From contig CAYXVF010000007.1 in the NCBI GenBank assembly GCA_964468125.1, positions 16,531 through 80,530 on the forward strand: 64,000 nt of DNA, read 5' to 3'. Positions within the stretch are counted from its first letter, which is position 1. Each line of letters starts with the position of its first letter. The translations under genes and the position numbers were made by a program. The DNA is from an uncultured Bdellovibrionales bacterium. GTDB taxonomy: Bacteria > Myxococcota > XYA12-FULL-58-9 > CAYXVF01. Of the stretch, positions 54,599 to 64,000 are shown piece by piece. The notes beneath the pieces were generated by a model. It did not search any database, was not told where the DNA came from, and worked only from the letters and a program-made list of their open reading frames with translations.

Positions 54599-55642
54599 AT
54601 GCGGCGCTCACTCGGCTTTTTCGTGCTCTTCGTGTCCGCCTGTGGAGGTGGCCCGTACCAGCAGAGCTGATGCCTGCGCCCGAGCTCTATCAGGACGGCA
54701 CGATCGACCCCTTCATCGAGTCTGAGGAGTCGCTGAGTGAGATCCCCGGAATTCTTTACGCCACTGATCGACACCCCGCGGGACCGGATGACGATGAGCC
54801 GTTCTATCTGAACGACCGTGGTGGGGTCGTCCGACTCGGCGTCGCCAACATCGGTGTAGACGGCGACCTCGACTGGGAGGACGTTCGAGACGTCTCTATG
54901 ATGAGAGAGCGCAGCAAGAAGCTGAAGCTTCGGGTGACTCGCGTGGACGAGCTCGGAGTGCTCGACCGCACGGTGACCGACTTCACCCGAGACCTCGCCT
55001 CGGACCTCGACCCCAAAGGGCCATCCAGCCTCTTCGCGCGCTTGGTCAACCAGAAGCTCGCGCGCTCGAAGCACAACGACGTCTACATCTACGTGAACGG
55101 CTACAAGGTGCCTTTCGAGAGCGGCGTGCTGATCGCAAGCGAGCTCTGGCATTTCCTCGGCTATCAGGGCGTTTTCATGGCCTACCCCTGGCCCACCTCG
55201 CCGGCCACCTTCGCCCACGCGGGCGATATCGAGACCGCGGCGGGTTACGCCCGTAACCTGCGCGAATTACTGCGTTTCCCTGAGTGAAGAGACCGAGACG
55301 GAACGGATGATCCACATCGTCGCCTATAGCGCCGGGAACCGGGGTATGCCTGAGCGCACACGAGAGTATCTGCGGCGCCTGAAGGAGCGCGCGCACGTCA
55401 TCAACGTCACCGAGGCACGGGATGCGACGTCCGGTAACGGCCACGGCTATTTCTTGGCAAGCCTGTCGGTGAGCAGCGACATTCTGATGACACTGATGTA
55501 CAGACTCGACCCGGAGGGGCGCGGCCTCACCCGTGGTGGAGACGGTGTCTGGTTCTTTCCCGACGACTACGTCGACCGGCTTCGCGTTGCGCTGCGGTCA
55601 GCTGCCGAGAAAGAGGCGCGGAGCACGAACGACAGCGAGTGA
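54599..55642 (+). pseudogene. DUF900-type alpha/beta-hydrolase lipoprotein split into three frames (signal peptide / body / catalytic C-terminus)
   Basis: Frame 2, 54599-54670: 'MRRSLGFFVLFVSACGGGPYQQS*' is a lipoprotein signal. Frame 1, 54670-55287: '...IYVNGYKVPFESG...AYPWPTS...'. Frame 2, 55307-55642: 'MIHIVAYSAGNRG', a GxSxG-like nucleophile elbow. Junctions are TGATG (54668-54672) and a 19-nt gap. Alternative reading: three translationally coupled ORFs. Confidence 0.5.
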
Positions 55643-55649
55643 GCTTGCC

Positions 55650-56369
55650 TCAAACGGTCTGCTGAGCGTGTTCTTGCTGCACGGCGCTCAACATCCAGTG
55701 GCAGGCATGTCGCGCTCGTGCTTTCGCATCGTCTTCGAGTACCTCGCCGTGGGCCATGACCACGCGCTCGAAGGGCCACTCTAGGGCGCGCGCAACGGAG
55801 GCACCGGCGCGTGCTCGGTCTTTGGTCACAGTTCGGATGAGCTTGCTCTGCATCGGCCGGGCCCAGGCTCCGGCCAATCGCAGCATCAGCGGGGTCAGGA
55901 AACCGCGGGCGAGCGAGGGCTGGACGTTGAAGAAGAGGTCCGCGCAGATCAAGGTCTTGCTCGCCGCGTGAAAGAAGACGGTTTCGCCCCAGGCGGGTGC
56001 CCCTTCGATGAAGACCTTCTCAATGCCGGGCCAGCTCACCTCCTCGTCGAGGGTGGCCGCAAAGGACAAGTCCGGACGTTTCTTGCGCAGGCCGCGCGCT
56101 CCGGCCATCACTGCGTTCGGCCAACGCTCCTTCCAGGCGCCGATGTAAAGGTGATGCAGGTTGTTGGGCGCCACCAGATGCGCGACCGGTCCGAGTGCAT
56201 CGACCGCCCCTGCGATTTCCTCCTCGAGTGCCACCGGGGAGTGGACCCAGAGCGCTCCGTCGCCCAATCGAACGATCGTAGCGCGGACCGGCAAGTATGC
56301 ACCGGGCAAGACCTTCACGTGGCCGCCGTCGAGGGTCCAAAGATCGTCTGCGAGTTGCGCGAGTGCCAT
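55650..56369 (-). CDS. DUF4336-like metallo-beta-lactamase-fold protein
   Basis: 'LADDLWTLDGGHV...LVAPNNLHHLY' resembles an MBL-fold His motif. Divergent from the MarR gene. Confidence 0.55.
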   Translation of the reverse strand: MALAQLADDLWTLDGGHVKVLPGAYLPVRATIVRLGDGALWVHSPVALEEEIAGAVDALGPVAHLVAPNNLHHLYIGAWKERWPNAVMAGARGLRKKRPDLSFAATLDEEVSWPGIEKVFIEGAPAWGETVFFHAASKTLICADLFFNVQPSLARGFLTPLMLRLAGAWARPMQSKLIRTVTKDRARAGASVARALEWPFERVVMAHGEVLEDDAKARARHACHWMLSAVQQEHAQQTV

Positions 56370-56380
56370 CGGCTCTCTCC

Positions 56381-56443
56381 CTTGGTCAAGTGTGCTTGAC
56401 TAAATAGAAGCGCTCGGCTAATTAGTCAAGTATGCCTGACCAA
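56381..56443. promoter_or_regulatory. pair of near-identical 22-bp palindromic operator-like sites in the marR/DUF4336 divergent promoter
   Basis: 'TTGGTCAAGtgtgCTTGACTAA' at 56382-56403 and 'TTAGTCAAGtatgCCTGACCAA' at 56422-56443, 40 bp apart. The second overlaps the marR ATG (56432). Confidence 0.55.
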
Positions 56444-56908
56444 AAATTTCGGGCCGAGCTCGAGGCCGCCAAGGCGGCGAGCGTGCCGCAGCTGCTGTTC
56501 AAGGCGGCGCGGCTGCTCAACGACTACGCGATCACGGAAATGCGAGAACAGGCCGGGCTACCGGGCCTGCGTGCGAGCCACACGAGCGTGTTTCCCCACA
56601 TCGCGCTCGAGGGATCGAGGCTCACGGATCTGGCCAGGAGCATGGGGGTGAGCAAGCAGGCGGTGGCCCAGCTCGTCGACGAATTGGTCGAGATGGGGGT
56701 GCTCGTGCGCTTGCCGGATCCGGACGATGGGCGGGCCAAGCGCATCGCCTTCGCGCGTGGGGGCCGGGGGCTCCTCTACGGACTCACGGTGCTCGACCAG
56801 GTGCAGGAGGTGATCGGTGACGCGATCGGCCGGGGGCGGCTCGACGCCCTGCACGATGGATTGAGCGCCCTGCTCGCCTTCCTGGAATCCTCGCCTCGAG
56901 CGGATTGA
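56432..56908 (+). CDS. MarR-family transcriptional regulator
   Basis: Winged HTH 'LTDLARSMGVSKQAVAQLVDELVEMGVLVRLPDPDDGRAKRIAF'. 158 aa. Confidence 0.85.
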   Translation: MPDQKFRAELEAAKAASVPQLLFKAARLLNDYAITEMREQAGLPGLRASHTSVFPHIALEGSRLTDLARSMGVSKQAVAQLVDELVEMGVLVRLPDPDDGRAKRIAFARGGRGLLYGLTVLDQVQEVIGDAIGRGRLDALHDGLSALLAFLESSPRAD

Positions 56909-56939
56909 GCCCTCCCCCTCCCCGCACTAGAGTGCGAGC

Positions 56940-58418
56940 GTGATCACACTCGCCCTCGCGTTTTCCTGCGGACTGTCACTGGCCGCCCCGGAGCTCTACG
57001 ACCGAGACACGGTCGTCGCCGTGCCGTTCTCCACCACCGCTTCGGAACACCTGTGGATCGGCAGCGGTCTTGCCCACGCGTTGAACCTGCGCATCTACGC
57101 GCAGCCGGGACTGAACGCGATGTCCCTGCGTCAGGTCCGCGCGGCGGCCCGCAACGACGGACTCGACCTCGCGAATGCCGCTGACCCGGCGGTCGCCTCG
57201 GCGTTGGGGCGACAGCTCGGAGCGGACACGATGGTGGTCGGCGCCTATGAGGTGAAAGGCCAATCGGTGATCCTCGACCTGATGGTGCTGCAACCGGGCG
57301 GCGGCCAGATCCTTCTTGAAGGTGTCATCCGCGGTACACTCGACGGCTTGGTGAAGCTTGAGGCAGAGGTCGCGAAGAAGGTGGCCCAGGCGTTGGGAGC
57401 CAAACAGCCGGACGTGAGTCTCGGCGCGTTCGGTACGACTTCGGTCGAGGCCTGGAAGGAAGTGACCTCAGGCCTCGGCGGCACGAGCTGGCAATCGCTG
57501 AGCCCGAGGAACGCGAGTGCGAGAAAGCCGCGGGTATTGGACGACGAAACGCTGAAACGGGTGGAGGAGCATTTCCGACGCGCCACCGAGCTCGACGAAG
57601 ACTACGGCGAAGCCTGGGCGGGCCTCGGCCTCGTCGCTGCCCTCCGCGACGACTTCGAGGCCGCGCGCCAGCACCTCACCCAGGCCACCGCGGTGTCCGG
57701 CGCCCATCAACCCACCGCCGTGTTAGCCACCCATTATTCCTTGCTGCGGCAGGGTCGAGCCGAGGACGCGGCGAAAGTGTTGGAGCATGCGCTCGCGATC
57801 CACCCCGGTTTCCTCCACGCCCGTGGCTATCTCGCCGAGCTCTACGTACAGCTCGGTCGCTACGACGATGCGGTCAAAGCCTACGACGACTACCTCGCGG
57901 TCGCGCCCCGTCAGCCCTGGGCGTTGGCTCAACGCGGCTACGTGCGCGCCAAGCTCGGAGACACCACCGAGGCCATCGCCGACACCATCAAGGCGGTCGA
58001 TCTCTTGCCCGGCTCACCCACGCTGCTCATCGAGCTTGCGAGCCGCTACATCGACGCCGGCAAGTTGATCGGCGCGGAAGACACGCTCCGCCATGCGCTG
58101 GAGCTCCACCCGAACGAGGGACGCATCTACGTTCGTCTGTGCTACGTGTACCTGCTCCAAGAAAACGATGAGGTCGCGATTCCTTTGTGCGAGAAGTCGC
58201 TGACGCTCAATGGCTCAGCGGAGCGCCGTCGGGATCGCGGCTACGCCCACCTCAATCTCGCGCAGGCATACGGGCGCAAGGGACAGCTCGACCTCGCCTT
58301 CGACCACCTCGCCAAGGCCGAGGCTGAAGGTATGCGTCGATTCGGCGCCCTCGAGCGAGATCCCGCCCTCGCGAAGATGCGGTCGGACCGTCGGTTCTCG
58401 AAGATCGTCGGGAAGTAG
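56940..58418 (+). CDS. TPR-repeat protein with N-terminal signal/lipobox-like segment
   Basis: GTG start, 'ITLALAFSCGLSLAA'. C-terminal half contains tandem TPRs 'AWAGLGLV...', 'ARGYLAELYVQLGRYDDAVKAYD', 'YAHLNLAQAYGRKGQLDLA'. Confidence 0.65.
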   Translation: MITLALAFSCGLSLAAPELYDRDTVVAVPFSTTASEHLWIGSGLAHALNLRIYAQPGLNAMSLRQVRAAARNDGLDLANAADPAVASALGRQLGADTMVVGAYEVKGQSVILDLMVLQPGGGQILLEGVIRGTLDGLVKLEAEVAKKVAQALGAKQPDVSLGAFGTTSVEAWKEVTSGLGGTSWQSLSPRNASARKPRVLDDETLKRVEEHFRRATELDEDYGEAWAGLGLVAALRDDFEAARQHLTQATAVSGAHQPTAVLATHYSLLRQGRAEDAAKVLEHALAIHPGFLHARGYLAELYVQLGRYDDAVKAYDDYLAVAPRQPWALAQRGYVRAKLGDTTEAIADTIKAVDLLPGSPTLLIELASRYIDAGKLIGAEDTLRHALELHPNEGRIYVRLCYVYLLQENDEVAIPLCEKSLTLNGSAERRRDRGYAHLNLAQAYGRKGQLDLAFDHLAKAEAEGMRRFGALERDPALAKMRSDRRFSKIVGK

Positions 58419-58678
58419 CGTGGCGTGAAAATCGGTGGCCGGAGCCTGCGCCACGGGGGTGAGGTCAGCCGAGGCGCCGCCCCCCGAGAGCTAGACGAGA
58501 GGCGACAGGCTTACGGTGACGCAGGCTCCGACGAAAAAACGTATCGGTCTCGGTGGGGTCGGGTTGCGCGTTCTAGACGCAGCTCGCGCATTTTTCGTTC
58601 AGGTTTTCGGATCGTCTCGAAAAAAGTTGCGTAGGTCTCAATCTTGCGGCCGGGCGAGCTGCGCCACGGAGCGTCTTT

Positions 58679-58777
58679 TCAGCTCATGCCGACCACTTGG
58701 AAGATGAAAGTGGTGACCGCCCACTTGGCGACGAGCAACAAACCGAGGCCCGCGACGATGAGCACGAGGCGCTTCAC
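58679..58777 (-). CDS. candidate 32-aa hydrophobic peptide coupled (GTGA) to the upstream secreted-protein gene
   Basis: '(V/M)KRLVLIVAGLGLLLVAKWAVTTFIFQVVGMS*'. The GTG overlaps the TGA of gene 58774-59328. Single predicted TM helix. Not in the ORF track (<60 aa). Confidence 0.3.
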   Translation of the reverse strand: MKRLVLIVAGLGLLLVAKWAVTTFIFQVVGMS

Positions 58778-59328
58778 CGGTCGCTATACTGAGCGATGAC
58801 CGCCTTCGCCGCGGGGTCCCCGTGCAGGGATGCGAGAGCCCGAAGCGCATGGGTGTTGCGGTCGAGCATTCGCGGCAGGTCGTGATTCACCATCCGGAGA
58901 AACGCATCGTAGCTGTCTCCGCCCAGCATGGGTCGGTCCGGTAGGGTGATGGAGACCCTGGAGCCGGTGACCGCAATGCGTATCGTGACGTCTCTGCTCA
59001 GAAGGCCCGAACCCATCTGCGTGCTCAAGGTGGCCACGTTGCCGTTCCAGGTGACGGAACCCTCGCGCATCGGCGCGTTGCCGTGGGGTTCGCGCCGCAG
59101 GTAGGCGATGTACACGTTCATTCGCGCCCTCGCTTCCGCCACGGACACGTTGTGCGGAAAGCGGAGGGTTCGACCGCTCGCCGCGTGAGCGATTCGTTCA
59201 ACCGAGTCCACGTCACCGATTCGCGTCATGGAGCCACTGTATCCGATTTGCGCTCGGCGAGCAGCCCTCGCTGGCTGGGCGACCGCGCTGAGCACGAGAC
59301 ACATGAGAATGAAGCGCGTCATTGGCAT
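58774..59328 (-). CDS. secreted hypothetical protein (184 aa)
   Basis: Signal peptide 'MPMTRFILMCLVLSAVAQPARA'. No recognisable domain. Confidence 0.5.
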   Translation of the reverse strand: MPMTRFILMCLVLSAVAQPARAARRAQIGYSGSMTRIGDVDSVERIAHAASGRTLRFPHNVSVAEARARMNVYIAYLRREPHGNAPMREGSVTWNGNVATLSTQMGSGLLSRDVTIRIAVTGSRVSITLPDRPMLGGDSYDAFLRMVNHDLPRMLDRNTHALRALASLHGDPAAKAVIAQYSDR

Positions 59329-59331
59329 GAC

Positions 59332-61005
59332 TCAATCCGTGACCGCGCCCCGGTCCGCGGAGCTGACGAGGGCCGCGTACTTGGCGAGCACGCCGCGCGT
59401 GTACTTCGGCGTTGGCGGGTTCCATTGGGCCCGGCGCTGCTCCAGCTCTGCGTCGTCGAGCTCGACACTCAAAGACCGGCTGTCCGCGTCGAGGGTGATC
59501 GTGTCACCGTCGCGCACGAGGCCGATCGGCCCGCCGACCGCCGCCTCCGGCACCACGTGCCCCACCACCATGCCGTAGGTGCCGCCGGAGAAGCGGCCGT
59601 CGGTGATGAGCGCCACGTCGTCGCCGAGTCCCGCGCCGATGATAGCAGAAGTGGGCGCGAGCATTTCGCGCATGCCGGGCCCCCCCTTCGGCCCCTCGCC
59701 ACGGATCACGACCACGTCGCCCTTGACGATCTTTCCGGTGAGGATCGCCTGGAGCGCCGCCTCCTCGCCCTCGAAGACCTTGGCCGGCCCGGTGTGTCTG
59801 CGTTTCTTCACTCCGCTGAGCTTCGCGACACTTCCGCTCGGTGCGAGGTTGCCGCGCAGGACCGCGAGGTGCCCCTCGGGATAGAGGGGAGCATCGAACG
59901 GTCGGATCACCTCCTGGTCCGCGGGCGGCTCGCTCGGAATGCCCTCGAGGGTCTCGGCGACGGTCTTGCCGCTGATGGTCGGTCGCGTGCCGTCGATCAG
60001 GCCGCGTTCGAGGAGCATCTTCATCACCTGGGGCACGCCGCCGGCGCGGTGAAAATCCGTGGTGACGAAACGACCGGAGGGCTTGAGGTCCACAAAGACC
60101 GGCACCTTTTTTCCGACCGCCTCGAAATCGTCGAGGGTGAGCTCGACGCCCGCCGCGTGGGCGATCGCCGGCAGGTGGAGCGAAGCGTTGGTGGAGCCCC
60201 CCACCGCCATGATCACCGCGATCGCATCGAGAAAGCTCTGTTTGGTCAGAAACTGGCGGGCGTTGCGGCCGGCGCGGATCGCCTCCACCAGGACGCGAGC
60301 GGACTCCGCCGCGCTCTCCGCTTTCTCCGCGTCCACCGCAGCCATCGTGCTCGATCCGGGGAGTGAGAGCCCCATCGCCTCGATCGCCGAGGACATGGTG
60401 TTGGCGGTGAACATTCCGCCGCAGGAGCCGGCCCCCGGACAGGCATTGCGCTCGACCGCGAGCAACTGAGCGTCATCGATGGCGCCAGCGGCGTGTTTGC
60501 CCACCGCCTCGAACGCGCTCACCACGGTCAAGTCTTCCCCGTCGAGGTGTCCCGGCTTGATCGTTCCGCCGTAGACGAAGATCGCCGGAATATCGAGGCG
60601 ACCGATCGCGATCATCGCGCCGGGCATGTTCTTGTCGCAGCCGCCGATGGCGAGCACCCCGTCCATGCTCTGACCATTGCACACGGTTTCGATCGAGTCG
60701 GCGATCACCTCGCGCGACACGAGCGAGTACTTCATGCCCTCGGTCCCCATCGAGATCCCGTCGGAGATGGTGATCGTGCCAAAGAGCTGCCCCTTCGCCC
60801 CAGCCTCGGCGAGGGCGGTGTCGGCGCGTTCGGCGAGCGCGCCGATCCCAATGTTACAGGGCGTGATCGTCGAGTGGGCGTTGGCAATGCCGACGATGGG
60901 CTTCTGAAAATCGTCGTCGTTGAAGCCTACTGCCCGGAGCATGGCGCGGTTGGGGGCCCGGGCGGGTCCTGCGGTCACGGTCTTGCTGCGTCGGTTGTCG
61001 GTCAT
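59332..61005 (-). CDS. ilvD: dihydroxy-acid dehydratase
   Basis: '[11 protein letters not shown]', '[18 protein letters not shown]' Fe-S Cys ligands. '[19 protein letters not shown]' is the C-terminal IlvD/EDD signature. Confidence 0.9.
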   Translation of the reverse strand: MTDNRRSKTVTAGPARAPNRAMLRAVGFNDDDFQKPIVGIANAHSTITPCNIGIGALAERADTALAEAGAKGQLFGTITISDGISMGTEGMKYSLVSREVIADSIETVCNGQSMDGVLAIGGCDKNMPGAMIAIGRLDIPAIFVYGGTIKPGHLDGEDLTVVSAFEAVGKHAAGAIDDAQLLAVERNACPGAGSCGGMFTANTMSSAIEAMGLSLPGSSTMAAVDAEKAESAAESARVLVEAIRAGRNARQFLTKQSFLDAIAVIMAVGGSTNASLHLPAIAHAAGVELTLDDFEAVGKKVPVFVDLKPSGRFVTTDFHRAGGVPQVMKMLLERGLIDGTRPTISGKTVAETLEGIPSEPPADQEVIRPFDAPLYPEGHLAVLRGNLAPSGSVAKLSGVKKRRHTGPAKVFEGEEAALQAILTGKIVKGDVVVIRGEGPKGGPGMREMLAPTSAIIGAGLGDDVALITDGRFSGGTYGMVVGHVVPEAAVGGPIGLVRDGDTITLDADSRSLSVELDDAELEQRRAQWNPPTPKYTRGVLAKYAALVSSADRGAVTD

Positions 61006-61050
61006 GGTTTCGTCCTAACCGCTGTCGGAAGAGAGGTGAACCTTTTTGCG

Positions 61051-62374
61051 CTACGGCAAACGATAGCGCACCCGCACCTCGATGTAGTCGGTCTCGAGGT
61101 TGGCCATGCTCGGGAAGCGGTTGGTGCCCGCGGGTTGCACCGCGACGTAGAGGGTCTGACGTTCTCCGGTGATGAGCTCCGATGGCATTCGATCGCGAAG
61201 GTCCAGGCGCGCGACGAGCTGAGTCACCCCTTCCGTGAGGCGGACGAAGCGGGCGCCTTCCCACAGCTCGGGGGTCGCGTCGTTTCCCCGAGGTCGAGCA
61301 GGTCGCTGTCGAGCAACGCGACATCGAGCGCTCCGCCTGAGACGAAAAAGACGCCTACCTCTTCCGTGGGCGCCATCGTGTGACCGGAGCGGGCGAACTC
61401 GAAATCGCCGCGCGGCTTCGCGACCGTCCAAATCTCGAAGCGCGGCGGGCTCTCCGACCGGGACCGCGACGCCGCTGATCACCTCGATGGGGGGACATCA
61501 CATCCCGAGATGCAAGTGCTGCCGACCGGCACGGAGCCGAGAGCCGCATCGAACGCGAAGAGGTCGGTCGGTTCGTCGGTCACCTCGTCGAGGGTGTAGA
61601 ACGAACCGGCCAGACCAGCATTCGGGCCGAGGGTTGCGCCAAACCCACCGTGCGTGCCTCGGGGTGGAGCACAGGCGTTACAGCAGGGTCCAGCGCGATC
61701 CCGGAACTGAGGACGGATCAAACGAGTAGGCATCAATGCTCGACCCGCCGCCCACGGTGATGAGACGGCCGGTCGGATCAGGACCGAAGGGTGTAGAGTT
61801 GAGGTCGGGATGGGGGTCGCGTCCGAGCAAGGTCCAGGCGCGGTCCGCAAAGAACCAGGTCGCGCTTGCCCCTCCCTCGAGGAGATAGGTTTGGCCCGTG
61901 TTCGGGTCAAACTCGGCGCTCGAATCGACGTGAGCGCCCGGCTCGGAAGCGAACTCGTCGAAAGGCTCGGACTCCCGGGTGCAATTCGCGACGCATCGCC
62001 AATGGTCGCCTTGCCACTCAAAGATGCCCGTGACGTCGCCGATCTCCGCGCGCCGACCCCCGAAGAGAAGAAGGCCTTCGGGTGTGGTCGCCACTGAACG
62101 CGTCGACCCACGTCTCGTTCTCCGAATCGAGAGAGTGGAGAGTGAGTCCTTCCAGGGTCGAGCCCACGGCACAAAGGGCTCGGAGCGACTCGTGAAAAGC
62201 AATGCCGTCGGTCCCCGGGTCACCCTCGGCGTCGACAAAGACCCAGGTCTCGTCACGCAAATACCAGTAGTCGCCGTCCAGAACTGGAGCGGTTACGAGC
62301 GTCGCCCGGTTCAGGTCAAAGGCGCTCAAGAAGCCATCGGGGATTGGATCACCGAAATCGTCGCTCACTTCCAC
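61051..62374 (-). pseudogene. Kelch-repeat beta-propeller protein disrupted by at least three frameshifts
   Basis: Kelch-like segments 'DGDYWYLRDETWVFVDAEGDP', 'TTPEGLLLFGGRRAEIGDV', 'AEFDPNTGQTYLLEGG', 'GRLITVGGGSSIDAYSFDPSS' lie in three different frames. These correspond to listed ORFs 62018..62374, 61678..62256, 61479..62174 and 61051..61482. A plausible C-terminal domain follows in 61051-61482. Confidence 0.4.
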
Positions 62375-62790
62375 CCGTTCCCTGCGTCGTCGTTGGGGCC
62401 GGGTGCAGCGAGCAGACCTGTGACGGGTTCACCGCGACGGGCTGCGCCTACGTCACGCCGGGTTGCCTTCAAACGGCGGCTCGATGTGTCGACGACCGAT
62501 GCGCCGCGGTGCCCGTGGAGTAGCACTCGAGCTTTCTGGCTCCGGTCGGACAGCTCCATCCGCATTGGAGAAAAACACCATCGTGCCGACCGGTAGTGCG
62601 TTGAAACGTACGTACCAAAAGAGCGGGCATCCCGGGCGCCGAAGCACGCAACTCGCTGCCCCGAACACCGAAGATGAACGGGAGTCGGTCCCTCGGCTCA
62701 TCTCCCAAAGCCTCATCGCTCGCCACGTCGGCGGGTGTTTCAAACCGAATCTTCACGCCGCGTGAACCACGCGGGGAGTCATGAATTGCC

Positions 62791-64000
62791 ATGGTCGCGA
62801 TCGCCACGCGGGCCACCGTCCGCCTATCCCCCCAGTCCGCCGCGCAACCCGTCTCGCCGGTCGCCGGGACGGTGCGGCTCGCCTCCGCCTCGGCGGTCTT
62901 GCCCGAGCACGCATCGCTGCGGATCTGCGACGCCGGGTCCGCCTCCTCGCTCCTCGAGCTCGAAGACGTGCAGGCCCCCTGCCGCACGCATGTCCCGAGC
63001 CTGACCCGCTACGGCCGAAACGGCGCGATCCTGCGCGAAACGGTCACCCTCGCCGCGGATTCGGGAGTGAGCTGGGCGGATGAGGCGGAAGAGGTCGGCG
63101 TCGAGCTGCGCGTCGCGCGCCCGGGGATCGCCCGCTTGAAGATGACCCGCGCGAATGGCTCCGCGTTGCTCTGGGAGCCGGGCGACGGACCCTCAGCGGC
63201 AGCGCTTGCGGTCCTCGATCGCCTCGGCGAGGTCTACGGTGAAAACGACACCTTGAATGCGCTGCGCGCCGCGGCTCGGCGCCTCGAGCCCGGGGAGATC
63301 CGCTGGATCGAGCGCGACGGCACTCCGGTCGCCCTCCTCGAAGACGAAGGCCTTCTCGTTGAAGCGTCCATCTCGCAGTATGATGAGGGGCTCACCCTCG
63401 AAGTACCGCTCTACCGCAACGAGGAGAGCACCTACCAAGACCTGAACGGCGACGGGCGGATCGGAGGGCAGCTCGGCGGCGACGACCCCACCGCGCGAAT
63501 GCTGGTGAGCGAGCGCATTCGCACACGCGTGCTCGCCCAACAGCAGCTCCCGGAGGTGGAAGAGCTGCTGGCTCGACTGCAAGACTTTCCCGACACCTTT
63601 GGCTTCTACAGCCACGCGATACGCGTGCCCTTCGAGGCGAACGTCGTGCTCGAAGACGGCCAGCCCCGCATCGTGGCCGCGGGCGAGGCAACGCTCCCGA
63701 TCGTCGCCATTCAGTATTCGCGTTACGGCAACGATGACGCACGGCTCGTGACCCCCACCGGCCAGAGCTTGCGGCTTCCGCTCTTCGACCACGCGATCGC
63801 CGGCGTCACCCGGGAGGTGCTGGCAGGCCTCGACCCGAACCAGCACTGGTTCGCGAACGATTGGCAGCGCGAGCTCGATGCGCTCGCACGCACGCCGACG
63901 GAGCCGGAGCTCGACTACTATCGCGCCACCCTTCCCCTCGACGGCGCCGCTCTCGCCGAGCGTCTCCCCGGCATCGCGAGCGACGCCCTGCGCGATGCCA
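62791..64000 (+). CDS. hypothetical protein, 3'-truncated by window end (at least 403 aa)
   Basis: Open + frame from ATG 62791 to the window end with no stop codon. Very high GC3 (about 85%) over a manually translated stretch at 63001-63190. Absent from the ORF track, presumably because it lacks a stop. Antisense ORFs 63193..63846 and 63392..63742 are judged spurious. Confidence 0.5.
   Translation, partial: MVAIATRATVRLSPQSAAQPVSPVAGTVRLASASAVLPEHASLRICDAGSASSLLELEDVQAPCRTHVPSLTRYGRNGAILRETVTLAADSGVSWADEAEEVGVELRVARPGIARLKMTRANGSALLWEPGDGPSAAALAVLDRLGEVYGENDTLNALRAAARRLEPGEIRWIERDGTPVALLEDEGLLVEASISQYDEGLTLEVPLYRNEESTYQDLNGDGRIGGQLGGDDPTARMLVSERIRTRVLAQQQLPEVEELLARLQDFPDTFGFYSHAIRVPFEANVVLEDGQPRIVAAGEATLPIVAIQYSRYGNDDARLVTPTGQSLRLPLFDHAIAGVTREVLAGLDPNQHWFANDWQRELDALARTPTEPELDYYRATLPLDGAALAERLPGIASDALRDA

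Noticed and set aside
53770-55218. 482-aa minus-strand ORF spanning two + strand genes
   Set aside because: It overlaps the 3' end of the OYE/FadH-like gene and the DUF900 gene. No motifs; composition is G/R/V-rich.
59083-60366. 427-aa + strand ORF
   Set aside because: Antisense to ilvD.
1-64000. CRISPR arrays, tRNA/rRNA genes, IS elements or prophage genes
   Set aside because: No short regularly spaced direct repeats, no tRNA-like cloverleaf segments, no rRNA-like low-GC blocks, and no transposase or integrase-like ORFs were found. The only tandem repeat is the coding EYEYEY repeat.

Overview
High-GC (about 68-70%) bacterial chromosomal segment, most likely from Myxococcota. The basis is a Myxococcus-type Cys-rich disulfide repeat, a Vibrio TonB2-like Ttp cluster, PEGA, FHA and TPR proteins, and strong GC3 bias. 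About 55 genes are densely packed, many with ATGA or TGATG start/stop overlaps. No rRNA, tRNA, CRISPR array or transposase was recognised.

Main blocks:
- 210-13379: PhoD-like Tat phosphatase, MMPL/RND exporter, nitrilase, an overlapping membrane-protein pair, a glycosyltransferase and a GH57-family hydrolase with an acidic EYEYEY-repeat tail.
- 13413-21982: a 10-gene, tightly coupled Tad/Flp-like pilus operon. In order: three TadE/TadG-type pseudopilins, a secreted unknown, Flp pilin, CpaB, TadB, TadC, then an FHA-TM-periplasmic protein. It lacks the CpaF/TadA ATPase, CpaC secretin, CpaE/TadZ and prepilin peptidase.
- 22289-27442: a four-gene cluster encoding a di-CxxCH lipoprotein with a planctomycete-cytochrome-like C-terminal domain, a second CxxCH protein, a lipoprotein and a Tat-secreted DUF1501-like protein. 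An orphan FtsX-type permease and a secreted glycoside hydrolase follow.
- 30419-30801: a decayed OmpR-family response regulator.
- 31188-36231: a six-gene TonB2-type system (ttpB-ttpC-exbB-exbD-tonB-ttpD).
- 36424-44992: photolyase-family protein, gamma-carbonic anhydrase, acetoacetyl-CoA synthetase, ccmABCDE without ccmFGH, and a phosphohexomutase.
- 45173-49980: a 1266-aa beta-helix lipoprotein translationally coupled to a PEGA membrane protein.
- 50185-61005: cold-shock protein, ComM/YifB ATPase, an OYE/FadH-like flavoprotein, a frameshifted DUF900 alpha/beta-hydrolase lipoprotein, a DUF4336 protein with a divergent MarR regulator and paired palindromes, a TPR protein and IlvD.
- 61051-64000: a multiply frameshifted Kelch-like gene and an unlisted + strand CDS that runs off the window end.

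Several apparent frameshifts or remnants (the RR, DUF900 and Kelch genes) suggest either real gene decay or indel errors in the assembly.
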